DNA from: Octopus bimaculoides
Taxonomy: Eukaryota
Length of the DNA: 40,274 bases
Direction of reading: 5' to 3'
Assembly (NCBI RefSeq): GCF_001194135.2
Contig: NC_069004.1
Coordinates: 34,626,597 to 34,666,870, forward strand
This document shows, one piece after another, positions 11,936 through 23,518 of the stretch (its first letter is position 1; every line of letters starts with the position of its first letter). The notes beneath the pieces were generated by a model. The model had not been told where the DNA came from. It was given only the letters and a program-made list of their open reading frames with translations, and made no database searches. The position numbers and the translations under genes are program-made.

Positions 11936-13051
11936 GAGGTTGATAAGCTTAAGAATTATCTGGTTGGGTTNNNNNNNNNNNNNNNNNNNNNNNNNNNNNN
12001 NNNNNNNNNNNNNNNNNNNNNNNNNNNNNNNNNNNNNNNNNNNNNNNNNNNNNNNNNNNNNNNNNNNNNNNNNNNNNNNNNNNNNNNNNNNNNNNNNNNN
12101 NNNNNNNNNNNNNNNNNNNNNNNNNNNNNNNNNNNNNNNNNNNNNNNNNNNNNNNNNNNNNNNNNNNNNNNNNNNNNNNNNNNNNNNNNNNNNNNNNNNN
12201 NNNNNNNNNNNNNNNNNNNNNNNNNNNNNNNNNNNNNNNNNNNNNNNNNNNNNNNNNNNNNNNNNNNNNNNNNNNNNNNNNNNNNNNNNNNNNNNNNNNN
12301 NNNNNNNNNNNNNNNNNNNNNNNNNNNNNNNNNNNNNNNNNNNNNNNNNNNNNNNNNNNNNNNNNNNNNNNNNNNNNNNNNNNNNNNNNNNNNNNNNNNN
12401 NNNNNNNNNNNNNNNNNNNNNNNNNNNNNNNNNNNNNNNNNNNNNNNNNNNNNNNNNNNNNNNNNNNNNNNNNNNNNNNNNNNNNNNNNNNNNNNNNNNN
12501 NNNNGTTGTGGTGGTGGTAGTTGTGGTGGTGGTAGTTGTGGTGGTGGGGTGGCTATTAGTAAACGGTAGTGTAAAGGTTGCAGTCTAGTATCGGTTCTTT
12601 GAATGTACTTTCGTTTCTTGGTGGCGTGGCGATGTGGCGAGTTTACATGGCCGTCAGGGGGAGGGGGAAACGGCGTGGCGTAACATGAAGCGAGGAGATT
12701 GTGCCACAGTCAGGAGGTAGTATAGAACGTAGCGGTGTAGGGAGTGGCCTGGCGGTGAGATGCGATGTGGAGCCTAAATTCGAATTTTTTCGAGCATGCA
12801 TATCATATATCGTTGAAGTCCGAGGGATTTGTGGGCGGTAGCGGGGGAACTGCGTGGCTCTATGTGTGTTTATGTGCATATGTGTGCGAGGGTGTTTCAA
12901 TGTTTGTGATTTTGTGGACGGCACTATACATATATATATATATATATATATNNNNNNNNNNNNNNNNNNNNNNNNNNNNNNNNNNNNNNNNNNNNNNNNN
13001 NNNNNNNNNNNNNNNNNNNNNNNNNNNNNNNNNNNNNNNNNNNNNNNNNNN

Positions 13052-13084
<33 letters not shown>

Positions 13085-13327
13085 CCTAGATATGTCGACA
13101 GATTTGTTTTCTTCCCAGAAGTGGTAGATTACAGGACTCAATTCAAATGTGATGTAGTCTTTAATACATCATAACTGAAAGGCTTCGATTTCCAGTATTC
13201 GGAGTCACTCATTTCTGAAGAGAATTAGTTTTGGTTTTCCAGCTGAGGATCGGCAACGAGTGACTGCGAGCACTGGAAACCGGAACCTTTCGGTTATAAT
13301 GTGTGTATGTATCTATGTAGATAAATG

Positions 13328-13358
<31 letters not shown>

Positions 13359-14489
13359 GGATAGATAGATGGAGATAGAGATATGTGTGTAAGCACCCAC
13401 ATACGCTGTGGTATGAATTCATTGCAGTTAAAATGTGGTTGATGTGAACGAGATTATACTGATATAACGACACGACGAGATAACAGGAAATATCTGTAGA
13501 ATACAACAGATAATAACATACATACACACATACATATACATACATAGAAACATGTATGCATANNNNNNNNNNNNNNNNNNNTATATATATATATATATAT
13601 ATGCACGTAAGTCCATCCTTATATTTATTCATATATGCACGCATACATCTATATTTGCATATAGAGATATATAAATACAAATACATACAAACATATATTA
13701 CAATCGTACATGCATATATCCATACATATTGAAACACACACACACACAAAATACATCACATACAAACATACATATAAATATACTTCTATACACTATATAC
13801 ATACATGAAACATTCGTCACCTAAATTGTTGTTGTCGTTGTTGTTTTATTTTTGGCATAATTCCATCTCATGAAAATTCTTCAACTAAAACAAGATTACC
13901 TTCCTGTTTGCAAAAATAATTTCATTTCAAAATGTTTCAGGAATATTTAATTACCATTTTATAATTACCTCATATTTCGAATTATTTATAACCATTCACT
14001 TAAATAACCGATAACATGAGTGCAACACCACACGTTTCTAACGGCGAGGTATGGAGGTGTAGTCTATCGATTTGGTGATACTAACATCGCACTGGTGCAT
14101 GTATATGTGTGTGTGTATGTGTATATATATAAAATCGATCTGGGAACGCTGAAATCAAAAAGAATCCCAATGAAATATTTAAGGGAATAAAGAGCCAAAA
14201 CAAATGGCCCAAGGGCGACACCTAATGTTTGCACCAAATCACCCTCTATGAGTGCTACAGTTTTCAGACGTCCAGAAATATGAAAAGCAAAGCTTATGTC
14301 GTTGTATATTGAACTTGGAGCGCAGAAGTCTGGAATAAGCATTTTCTTCAACGTATCACTGACTCAAGCAATTCTCACCAAAGTGAAACAACCGAAGGTT
14401 CTGTACGACGTCTCTGGTGAAAACCAGAAACGTTGATCGGAGAAAAGCTGAGAGAAATTCTGATCTATGTTTATGAAGAAGAAAATTGT

Positions 14490-14700
14490 GATTTCAACTT
14501 TTCGCATAAGGCCAGCAATTCCAACTGTTGGGGTAAGTCGATTACATCGACCCCAGTGCTCGACTGGTACTTATTTTATCGACTCCGAAAGAATGAAGGG
14601 CAAAGTCGACCTCGGCGGAATTTGAACTCAGAACGCAAAGAGACTGATGAAAAGCCTCTAAGCATTTTGCCCGGCGTACTAATGTTTCAACTAGTTTGCC
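14490..14700 (-). mobile_element. tRNA-derived SINE, family A
   Basis: Minus-strand B-box GAGTTCAAATTCC (14617-14629), with GGTCGACTTTGCCC and CACTGGGGTCGATGTAATCGACTT segments. Confidence 0.85.
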
Positions 14701-15107
14701 AATACTTAAGACATGCAGTTCTCATCCCTTTTCTGATTATAACCACTACTGGAAACGTTATAATACACACCTCACTCTTGACGAAAGTCTTTCTCCGAAA
14801 CGTTAACTTATTTCCATTTTTTTTGATGAATGCAAATTGAACAATTGTAAAATTTCTCTTATGATCGAACATTTACCAATACAGACCATTGTTCCAGAAT
14901 CTTTCCTGTACTACTAAACCAAAAATATAGCTATGTAAGAGCAATTTACTCCGTAATGCGAATGCGAATACTAATAATAATATTCTATGTAATTATTGAT
15001 TCATTAATTATAGATGTAATTTAATTATATTAAAGGAAATAATACTTCAAGTCATATTAGCATTACAGGAAAAGCCATTTCAATTCCAAATATATACCTA
15101 TACACAA

Positions 15108-15194
<87 letters not shown>

Positions 15195-15339
15195 CGCGTG
15201 TGTGTGTGTGTGTATGTAGAGAGAGAGAGAGAGAGAGAGCGGGGGGGGAGGAGATAGAAAGACACACAGACACACACACAAATAGAGGGAACGGCAGAAA
15301 CAGATAGATGATACGTTTATATACCCAGATACTTGAGTG

Positions 15340-15470
15340 TGCTCATGCTGGAGCATTACTTTCAAGTGTTTAGTCAATTAAATCGACCTCAGTACATAAT
15401 TTTATCAATTCTTGTTTTATGAACTGCTACGTTACAGGGACGAAAAGAATTACCACCGGTTGCCAAGTAA
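15340..15470 (-). mobile_element. SINE family D 3' half (degraded)
   Basis: CATGCTGGAGCA..AAATCGACC..GTTACAGGGAC..CCGGTTGCCAAG is the reverse complement of 3364-3486. Confidence 0.65.
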
Positions 15471-15582
15471 GGAGAAAAACCCACATTATACTCACATTAT
15501 ATTTATATGGCTATGAAACGCTTCGCATAGTTTCCGTCAATCGATCTTGTGGGCTTATTTGAAATTAAATATGATCTCTGTG

Positions 15583-16213
15583 ACAATAGCGCCAAATGTG
15601 GTCACCAAAAAGAGGGAAGCTGATGACGAGATTTGAGACAATCCAATGCCATTACACACAAAAAAAAAATACTCACTCGGTGCGATGTAATAGGACGAGC
15701 TACTGAAAGGTTATAAAAGAACTGAGACTACATTCCCTAAGGAGACGATGCGAAAGATATGCTGTGATACACACATACACACACACACACACACATGTAT
15801 GGAAGATCCTGGATAGTCTAGCTCCCAACTATATTAACCACCCAATAGGGCGCTTTTGCGTTGTACCAAAGGTCCTATCCTCTTCATCTAGAGAAAATAT
15901 GCAGTTCTACAAAGGCATAGGTTGTTTTAAGAGCCCACAACTTTTCAACACACTGCCAAACAACCTCATAGTTCTATGAGGTGAAGGATATCGATGTTTT
16001 CAAAGAATATTTTGACAATTTTTTTATGAGAGATACAAATGACACCTACATCGCAGCAGAAAAGACAAAGAAGAATGGCTCTGTCCAGCTCTTATTCTAC
16101 GAGAAACAATTCCAGAGAGAAAAGAACCGGGAAGTGGATTCGAATTCAAAGCCTATCACATTAAATAAAGTGCCACTACATGACCGCAGCCTTTCTTGGA
16201 AACGAGTAAAAGC
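15583..16213 (+). mobile_element. Degraded CR1/L2-group LINE 3' end (C-terminus of ORF2 plus 3' tail)
   Basis: Translation WSPKRGKLMTRFETIQCHYTQK .. Y*KVIKELRLHSLRRRCERYAVIH..VWKILDSLAPN..GRFCVVPKV..KSPQLFNTLP..DVFKEYFDNF. This follows the typical post-RT motifs WSP..LE.IQR, L.SLERRRERY.IIY.WK, GPQLFN.LP and FK..LD.F. Confidence 0.85.
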
Positions 16214-16228
16214 GTCTGTGTGTGTATA

Positions 16229-16312
<84 letters not shown>

Positions 16313-16329
16313 TGCGATCGACCAAATTA

Positions 16330-16600
16330 TAACTTGTCGCAATGCGTTTTGTTTCGTTTTAGCTTTCAAGTGATCCCACCACGACCACCCCAACAGCTGG
16401 TTTGGCAAACAGGCCAACGTTCCCGCAGAGCGAAAGGTTACTCTATCACAGGATGATCCATTTGCAACTGAGTAGACGGGAGTCACGTGAAATGAATTGG
16501 CTTGTTCAAGAACACAACGCTCTACTTGGTGCCGGAATTGAACCCACGATCGTGAGATCGTGGGTTCGACATCCTAACCATTAGGCCTCGCACCTTCACA
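16330..16600 (-). mobile_element. tRNA-derived SINE, family B-related
   Basis: Minus strand: GGTGCGAGGCCTAATGGTTAGG (A-box), GGGTTCAATTCC (B-box), then GCGTTGTGTTCTTGAACAAG core segment shared with 29128-29440. The 3' part differs from that copy. Confidence 0.75.
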
Positions 16601-17553
16601 CACAAACACACATCTACACATGCACACACATACAGACATACATATACAAAATATATGCTGCTTTGCTACATTTGCGCGTGAGCATTTAAGAACAGGTTTC
16701 CCAATGTAGACGTGTGTTTGTGTGAGCGCCTGAATGTAAGTTTAACATATAAGACATTGTAGCACTTAACATCGAGTTCGTAGCACGGCAACTAACACAG
16801 GCAGCCATTAATGTCTCATATTACATAAAATTCTTTTTTTCCCCTTCTTTTACTGAGCATATGTCGTTATTGTATAAACCATTCAATGAAGCCACCTGTT
16901 TTATGTTTAGTAAACCTCCTCCAATCCTCTGAAAAGAAGCTTTCTCTCTTAAACTAATGTCCAATGCAATAAAAATAGTTGAGAGATAACAGTTCGGTGC
17001 TTGAGGGTCTCTGCAATATCATCATCTTTCATGTTTGAGATGCGACAGAAAGAAGTCTTAAGGGTCGGTCTTAAATTAACTTCTATATATGTGTTTTGGG
17101 TTGAATATATAAACGCATTTGCAGATGGAGGTGCATGTGGGCTCTTGTGTGTGTGCGTGTGTGTGTGTGTGCGCCAGAGAATTTAGCAGGGTGTTTAAAA
17201 TATCGGACAAAGCACCTTAAGTATTTGGTCCCGATATTCTACGATCGTAGCTCAAATCACGCCGTAGAAAATTTGTATTTCATTTTTCAGAGATGATAAA
17301 TTCGATAGTGGTTCAGAATGGAAATTATTGGAGTTGTTACGTTGTCGGATTAAATGCTTCAATGTTCTATGGTCTCTTTTATGAAAATATCTCACCTGGT
17401 ATTATCATAAAAAAAAGATAAAAAGAAAAAGAAGTATTTCTACCAGACTTTAGAATAGTAAAAAAATTAATCAATGAAACAAGTTCCTTGGTTCGATCCG
17501 GGCATGGGCTGTGATGTATTACGGCAACGATGATTATTAAATGCACGCATATG

Positions 17554-17585
<32 letters not shown>

Positions 17586-17586
17586 G

Positions 17587-17665
17587 TGAAGGTGCGTTGC
17601 TTACTGATTAGGCTCACAATCGTAAGTTCAATTCCCGGCGAGGCGTTGTGTGTCTCGCTGAAGCT
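17587..17665 (+). mobile_element. Truncated SINE family B head
   Basis: GAAGGTGCG..GGCTCACAATCGTAAGTTCAATTCCCGGCGAGGCGTTGTG. Confidence 0.6.
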
Positions 17666-18204
17666 CCCTGTATTTGTATATTTATATATACATGTTTGTG
17701 TATGTTTATGTATGTATATAGATATGTGTGTGTATATATATTTGTATATGCATGTATCAGCACATGCAATATATGCGTGAGAGTATGTGTATATGCTTGT
17801 GTATGTATGTATATTTATATCTATACACACACATATTTCTGTGTGTATACACACAAACATGCATTTACAGACATACATGTGTGCATATATGTATACACAC
17901 ACATGACTATCTATCTATCTATCTATTTATCTCTCTCTCTCTCTCTCTCATATATATNNNNNNNNNNNNNNNNNNNNNNNNNNNNNNNNNNNNNNNNNNN
18001 NNNNNNNNNNNNNNNNNNNNNNNNNNNNNNNNNNNNNNNNNNNNNNNNNNNNNNNNNNNNNNNNNNNNNNNNNNNNNNNNNNNNNNNNNNNNNNNNNNNN
18101 NNNNNNNNNNNNNNNNNNNNNNNNNNNNNNNNNNATATAGATAGATAGATAGATAGATAGATGGATGGATAGATTGACGCTAGATTGATATCCGATAGAT
18201 ACAT

Positions 18205-18242
<38 letters not shown>

Positions 18243-18649
18243 GTAAGTATGCAATAATGCACACATGTCGGTATGTAAGAGATTCTGCATCGTGCATTTT
18301 CAAGCATTTGCTTCTCCGTCCCGTTTCGTTGTTGTACATATGTCACTTTTAATTCTTCAACAGCAATGTCAGTCAACTTTTAAGCTGTGGAGATGACACT
18401 CGTTACGATTACTTGCAGTGTCCCCTGGCGGACATCACGGGAGACTAGCGACTGTCAACTAGCTTAATTGTTTGCTTTGAGCAAAGATTCGCTGACAGAT
18501 AGATGATGTACGTACATATTATGTATGCACTGTAGGTATGTGTGTATATATGTGTGCGTGTGAATGTGTGTTTTGGAGATAGATAAAATATAAAAAGAGA
18601 AGACAAACAGTCTGAGCAATGTATACGTACATGTGTGTCTGAGCATGTT

Positions 18650-18730
<81 letters not shown>

Positions 18731-19417
18731 CGAGAGAGAGAGAGAGAGTGTGAGAGAGATAAACGATTTCCAAATGTAAACATTATACGCAAGAATTCTA
18801 GAAAGATCGATATGCATACATTCACTAGCAGACGCTTATGTACACCCACCCACACACACACTCTCAAGTACAGAAGCCTATAAATATGCACGCATATATT
18901 TATACATGCAGAACATGTATGGGTGTGTGTAAATACATATATATATATATATGACATCCATACACACACTTACACATCAATACCATTAGATGTGATTCGT
19001 GCCTACATCGAATATATCAAATTCCATCCCTAGTTTCCAACTCTATACCAATGTCGTCTTTAATTAATTTCTGACCGAATATTTAATTAATTAATATTTA
19101 CAATCACCTCAGGCCAAGTGACAATATGTGGTACCAGAGTCGATAATGCCGTCGAATCAATGGTTTCCCTTTTATATCTTTCGGTTAAATTCTACCTCTT
19201 GGAACTCCAGTCTTGTGGAGAAATCGCACGGCCTCTGTTTTGCAACATTGCCATTGGGCGGACTGAAATACTAGTAATATGCTGGGTTATAGTCGTCTGA
19301 AACAAAACACAACTTAGGACTAACGGAAGAAATAGACATTTCATCTGCACACGTATTCTCTCTCCCTACTTCTGTCCGTCTCACTTTCTCTCTCTCTCAC
19401 ATACACACACACACACA

Positions 19418-19450
<33 letters not shown>

Positions 19451-19669
19451 GAATATATATAAAGGGTAGCAAAACTATACAGAATTTTACTACCAGTGGC
19501 CTAGCATATAAAAAATTCAATAGACAACATATTCAATATAAAATATAAGAGAACTTACCTGTAACAGGTAAGTTCTACACGATAGAAGACAGTCAAAAAC
19601 GACCGAAAACCACAAAGTTAAAACATTTCAAAGGGAAGAAAAAATAAAAGATTTTACCTTATTTTTAAC

Positions 19670-19741
19670 GGTTAGACCTATAGGTTTCGGATTTTTTTAG
19701 TAAAATAAAAAAATTTACTAGGCAAATTTTCTTCAGTAACC
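19670..19741 (-). ncRNA. Type-I hammerhead ribozyme motif (Penelope-like minimal type; stem II base mismatched)
   Basis: Minus strand: GGTTA-CTGAAGA-[41-nt stem II]-GAAA-CCTATAGG-TC-TAACC. Both core boxes, a GUC cleavage triplet, a palindromic stem III and a 5-bp stem I are present in the correct order. Confidence 0.7.
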
Positions 19742-20339
19742 AGCCGTCAACGATTAACGCATAACTACGAGACAAAAGGCAAAATGCACATGTCTTCCAG
19801 ATATATATGTTATAATTANNNNNNNNNNNNNNNNNNNNNNNNNNNNNNNNNNNNNNNNNNNNNNNNNNNNNNNNNNNNNNNNNNNNNNNNNNNNNNNNNN
19901 NNNNNNNNNNNNNNNNNNNNNNNNNNNNNNNNNNNNNNNNNNNNNNNNNNNNNNNNNNNNNNNNNNNNNNNNNNNNNNNNNNNNNNNNNNNNNNNNNNNN
20001 NNNNNNNNNNNNNNNNNNNNNNNNNNNNNNNNNNNNNNNNNNNNNNNNNNNNNNNNNNNNNNNNNNNNNNNNNNNNNNNNNNNNNNNNNNNNNNNNNNNN
20101 NNNNNNNNNNNNNNNNNNNNNNNNNNNNNNNNNNNNNNNNNNNNNNNNNNNNNNNNNNNNNNNNNNNNNNNNNNNNNNNNNNNNNNNNNNNNNNNNNNNN
20201 NNNNNNNNNNNNNNNNNNNNNNNNNNNNNNNNNNNNNNNNNNNNNNNNNNNNNNNNNNNNNNNNNNNNNNNNNNNNNNNNNNNNNNNNNNNNNNAAAAAA
20301 AAAAAAAAAGATTATTTTTCCGATTTCATTTTTGATAAC

Positions 20340-21000
20340 AGAAAGGCGAAAAAGTGTACCGCTCTGGTGGTGGTGGTGATGGTGATGGTGGGGAAATAAT
20401 ATTGTTATTGTTGTTGCTGTGCGTTGCTTTGTTTCTTTTTATCTTTTTTTTTTAAACATTCATTGTTATAATTTGTTTATATTGTAAGCTGTGTTGCTGT
20501 CGTTTTTATTCCTCTCATATTTCTATTGCTATTGTTGCTAATATATTTTTTGTTGCAATTTATTTTTTTATTCGCAATATACGTACTTGTAGTCGTTGGT
20601 CTTCGATGCCGTTGTCATTGTTGTTGTTATTGTTGTGGTACCTATTTCTTATTACAATCATTGTTATTACTGTTGTAGTCGATGCTGCTAGATACTGTTG
20701 TATTATTGTTGTTATTTTCTCCGAATATTGCTAATATTTCTGTTGTTGTTAGCAACGAACATTGTTGTTGTTTCTTGTTATGATGTTGCATTTATTACTT
20801 TTTGTTGTTGTTTTATGTGGGGTTATTATTAATCTTGTTCTTCTTGTGACTGTCGGCTGCTACTATTTTTATCTATCTTGCTGTTGTTAATACTATTCTT
20901 GTTGCTGCCCATCGACATTATTATTATTAATTATTATTATTATTACTGCTGTTAATATTCTTGTTCTTGTTGTTTATGTTGCGATTGACAGACAGCTAAG
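20340..21000. repeat. Degenerate (TTG/TTA)n low-complexity tract
   Basis: T-rich degenerate triplets over about 650 nt. Confidence 0.85.
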
Positions 21001-21989
21001 TCTTCCATACGATGCACAATAACACTTCTTGTTATACTTTCTCAATGTGACTCAATGTATGGATGTATGCATGGACAGGAAAGTGTATGATTGCGTTGTA
21101 AGCGTGTGATTGTCGATAACTGTATTGCTTGAATGATTCGACAATTAGACTTGTATAGGTGTATGTATACATGTATGAGTGTGTATGTATGTATATATAT
21201 ATATATATATATATATACATGTCTGTGCCGCTCTCTCTCTCTCTCTCTCTACATATNNNNNNNNNNNNNNNNNNNNNNNNNNNNNNNNNNNNNNNNNNNN
21301 NNNNNNNNNNNNNNNNNNNNNNNNNNNNNNNNNNNNNNNNNNNNNNNNNNNNNNNNNNNNNNNNNNNNNNNNNNNNNNNNNNNNNNNNNNNNNNNNNNNN
21401 NNNNNNTATATATATATATAGGTAAATTCCGTAAAACGGTTTTCTTCATTTTTTGCAGTATGTTGTTAAATTCCTTATATTCACGTTACTAACAAAAGGG
21501 AAAAGCATTCTACAAAACTATATTTTAGGTGTAGAAAACCTAACTGCATAATTGCTTCACAGATTGCATATTTAACAATTTACACACAGAATAGGAGCTA
21601 CTTAATAAATATTCCTTAAATACAACAATATTATACAAGTGCCCACAGTTTTTACAGAGAGCTCAACAACCGTCGCTAAATTCGTGGAGATTATATCATG
21701 AAATACGATGTAAACGGAATATCGCTTTTAAGAAGAATCAATGAGGAGTGTATGAGCATATATACAAATGTGTGTGTGTGTGTGTGTGTGTGTGTGCTCA
21801 ATTCTTTTTCTCACATAGTAAAGATAGTTTCAAGAAACCAAGATTTTATATTAGCAGTTATAAAGTATATTTTCATTTGCCATACATATACTGGAGAGAA
21901 AAGTAGACGTGCTTGAAGTCAGGAGGAGTCCGGAATGTGGTAAGTTTGTGTGATATATATATGTATATATATATATATATGTATTTTAT

Positions 21990-22311
21990 TCTTTTAGTTG
22001 TTTCAGTCGAACAAATCGACCCCAGGACTTATACTTTGTAAACCTAGTACTTATCCCATCGGTCTCTTTTGCGGAACCGCTAAGTTACGGGGGCGTAAAC
22101 ACACCAACATTGGTTGTCTAGCGACGGTAGAGTGACAAACACAGACACAAACGGGATTCTTTCAGTTTGCGTCTACCAAATGAACTCAGAGGGCTTTGGT
22201 TGGCCTGAGGCTATAGTGGAAGACCCTTGCCGAAGGTGTCACGCAGTGGGACTGAAACCCGAACCATATGGTTGGAAAGCAAGCTTCTTACCATATAGTT
22301 ACGCCGACACC

Positions 22312-22313
<2 letters not shown>
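21990..22313 (-). mobile_element. tRNA-derived SINE, family D, near full length
   Basis: Colinear reverse complement of 3166-3512, including CAGTGGGACTGAAACCC, GGCTATAGT and GGTCTCTTTTG. Confidence 0.9.
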
Positions 22314-22363
<50 letters not shown>

Positions 22364-22395
22364 TGCAGCAATTAATCTGTTTATAGTATAATTTA

Positions 22396-22601
22396 GATCC
22401 TACGTACGTTTCACCCTCGTGGTTATTTGGAACGCTGCATTGGATCTTCCGAGTGCAAATGGATGGAACACTTTAATGGATTAAAATACAGTTTACTAAT
22501 TTGTTCCTTGATTATCCGTTGTGATTAAGCCCCCGATGGCACTCTTGGAATCTCCGATGCAGAGTTACAAACAACCACAATGTTGAAATGTGCGTAGGAA
22601 C
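22396..22601. mobile_element. Foldback/MITE-like element with ~60-bp imperfect inverted arms and possible TA target duplication
   Basis: The left arm starting TCCTACGTACGTTTCA matches the reverse complement of the right arm (TCCTACGCACATTTCA..) at 48 of 59 aligned columns by hand. Flanks read TA|..|TA. Confidence 0.65.
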
Positions 22602-22748
22602 TAATAATATAAAGTTGATCTTATATATAAATATGTTTGTGTGTGTGTGTGTGTGTGCGATAAACATATATGCTTGTGTATAATCACATATACATACATA
22701 TGCCTGTGAAAGAAATTGTATTTACGCATGTTTAAATATATATACATA

Positions 22749-22787
<39 letters not shown>

Positions 22788-22818
22788 GTACGTGAAAGAA
22801 ATTGTATTTATGGATATT

Positions 22819-22905
<87 letters not shown>

Positions 22906-23374
22906 ACGTGTAGTTTCATATGTATATGTTTGTATGCATTTTTATATGTGTGTATATAACCTGTGTATGTGTAATAACTGCATGTCGAATGACTGATTGA
23001 ATGAAAAGAGAACGAGCAATGAATGAACATGAACGAACACGAGCATGGCCTGATGTGAATACATCTCTCCCTCTCTCCCTCTCTCCCTCTGTATATACGT
23101 ACTATCCGAGGTAACATTGGTGTGTATAAGTGCGTGTATGTATTCGTGCGTGTTTAGAAAACGCTCTTAATACTGCAATGAAACCCATGTTTGATATCCG
23201 ATATTCATTTTTTCACGGTATTTTGTTACGGTTTGGCCTGTGAGTCCCCACTGCATCAGTGCTCACCAATAGATATGGTTTAGCTCGTATTTAATTAATA
23301 TTAAATCATTGCCGAGAAATCATCCATCATAATTTCATTGGATGGCTAATAACATTAAAATTAATGGATTGTTC

Positions 23375-23406
<32 letters not shown>

Positions 23407-23486
23407 TTTTTTCTTTCTGTGCAAGGCAAATCTTTTTTCCACTAGTACGTTATTGTACTTTTTTAAAACTTATATGAACGTGTTTA

Positions 23487-23518
<32 letters not shown>

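Noticed and set aside
13233-13300. CTGAGGA..GAAA..GTT hammerhead-like arrangement
   Set aside because: Stem III can form, but there is no stem I complementarity and stem II does not close at the core.
14130-14430. Unique sequence with faint RTE-like words (RIPMKYL, GPRATP)
   Set aside because: Similarity is too weak and is broken by stops in all frames. Left unassigned.
19100-19160. IIDSGTTY aspartic-protease-like motif on the minus strand
   Set aside because: Bracketed by in-frame stops within a few codons and has no splice acceptor. Likely chance.
22396-22447. Minus-strand GAAAC-GTAC-GTA with AGATCC/GGATCT pairing, resembling a minimal hammerhead
   Set aside because: The CUGANGA box is absent (AATGCAG instead) and stem II does not pair.
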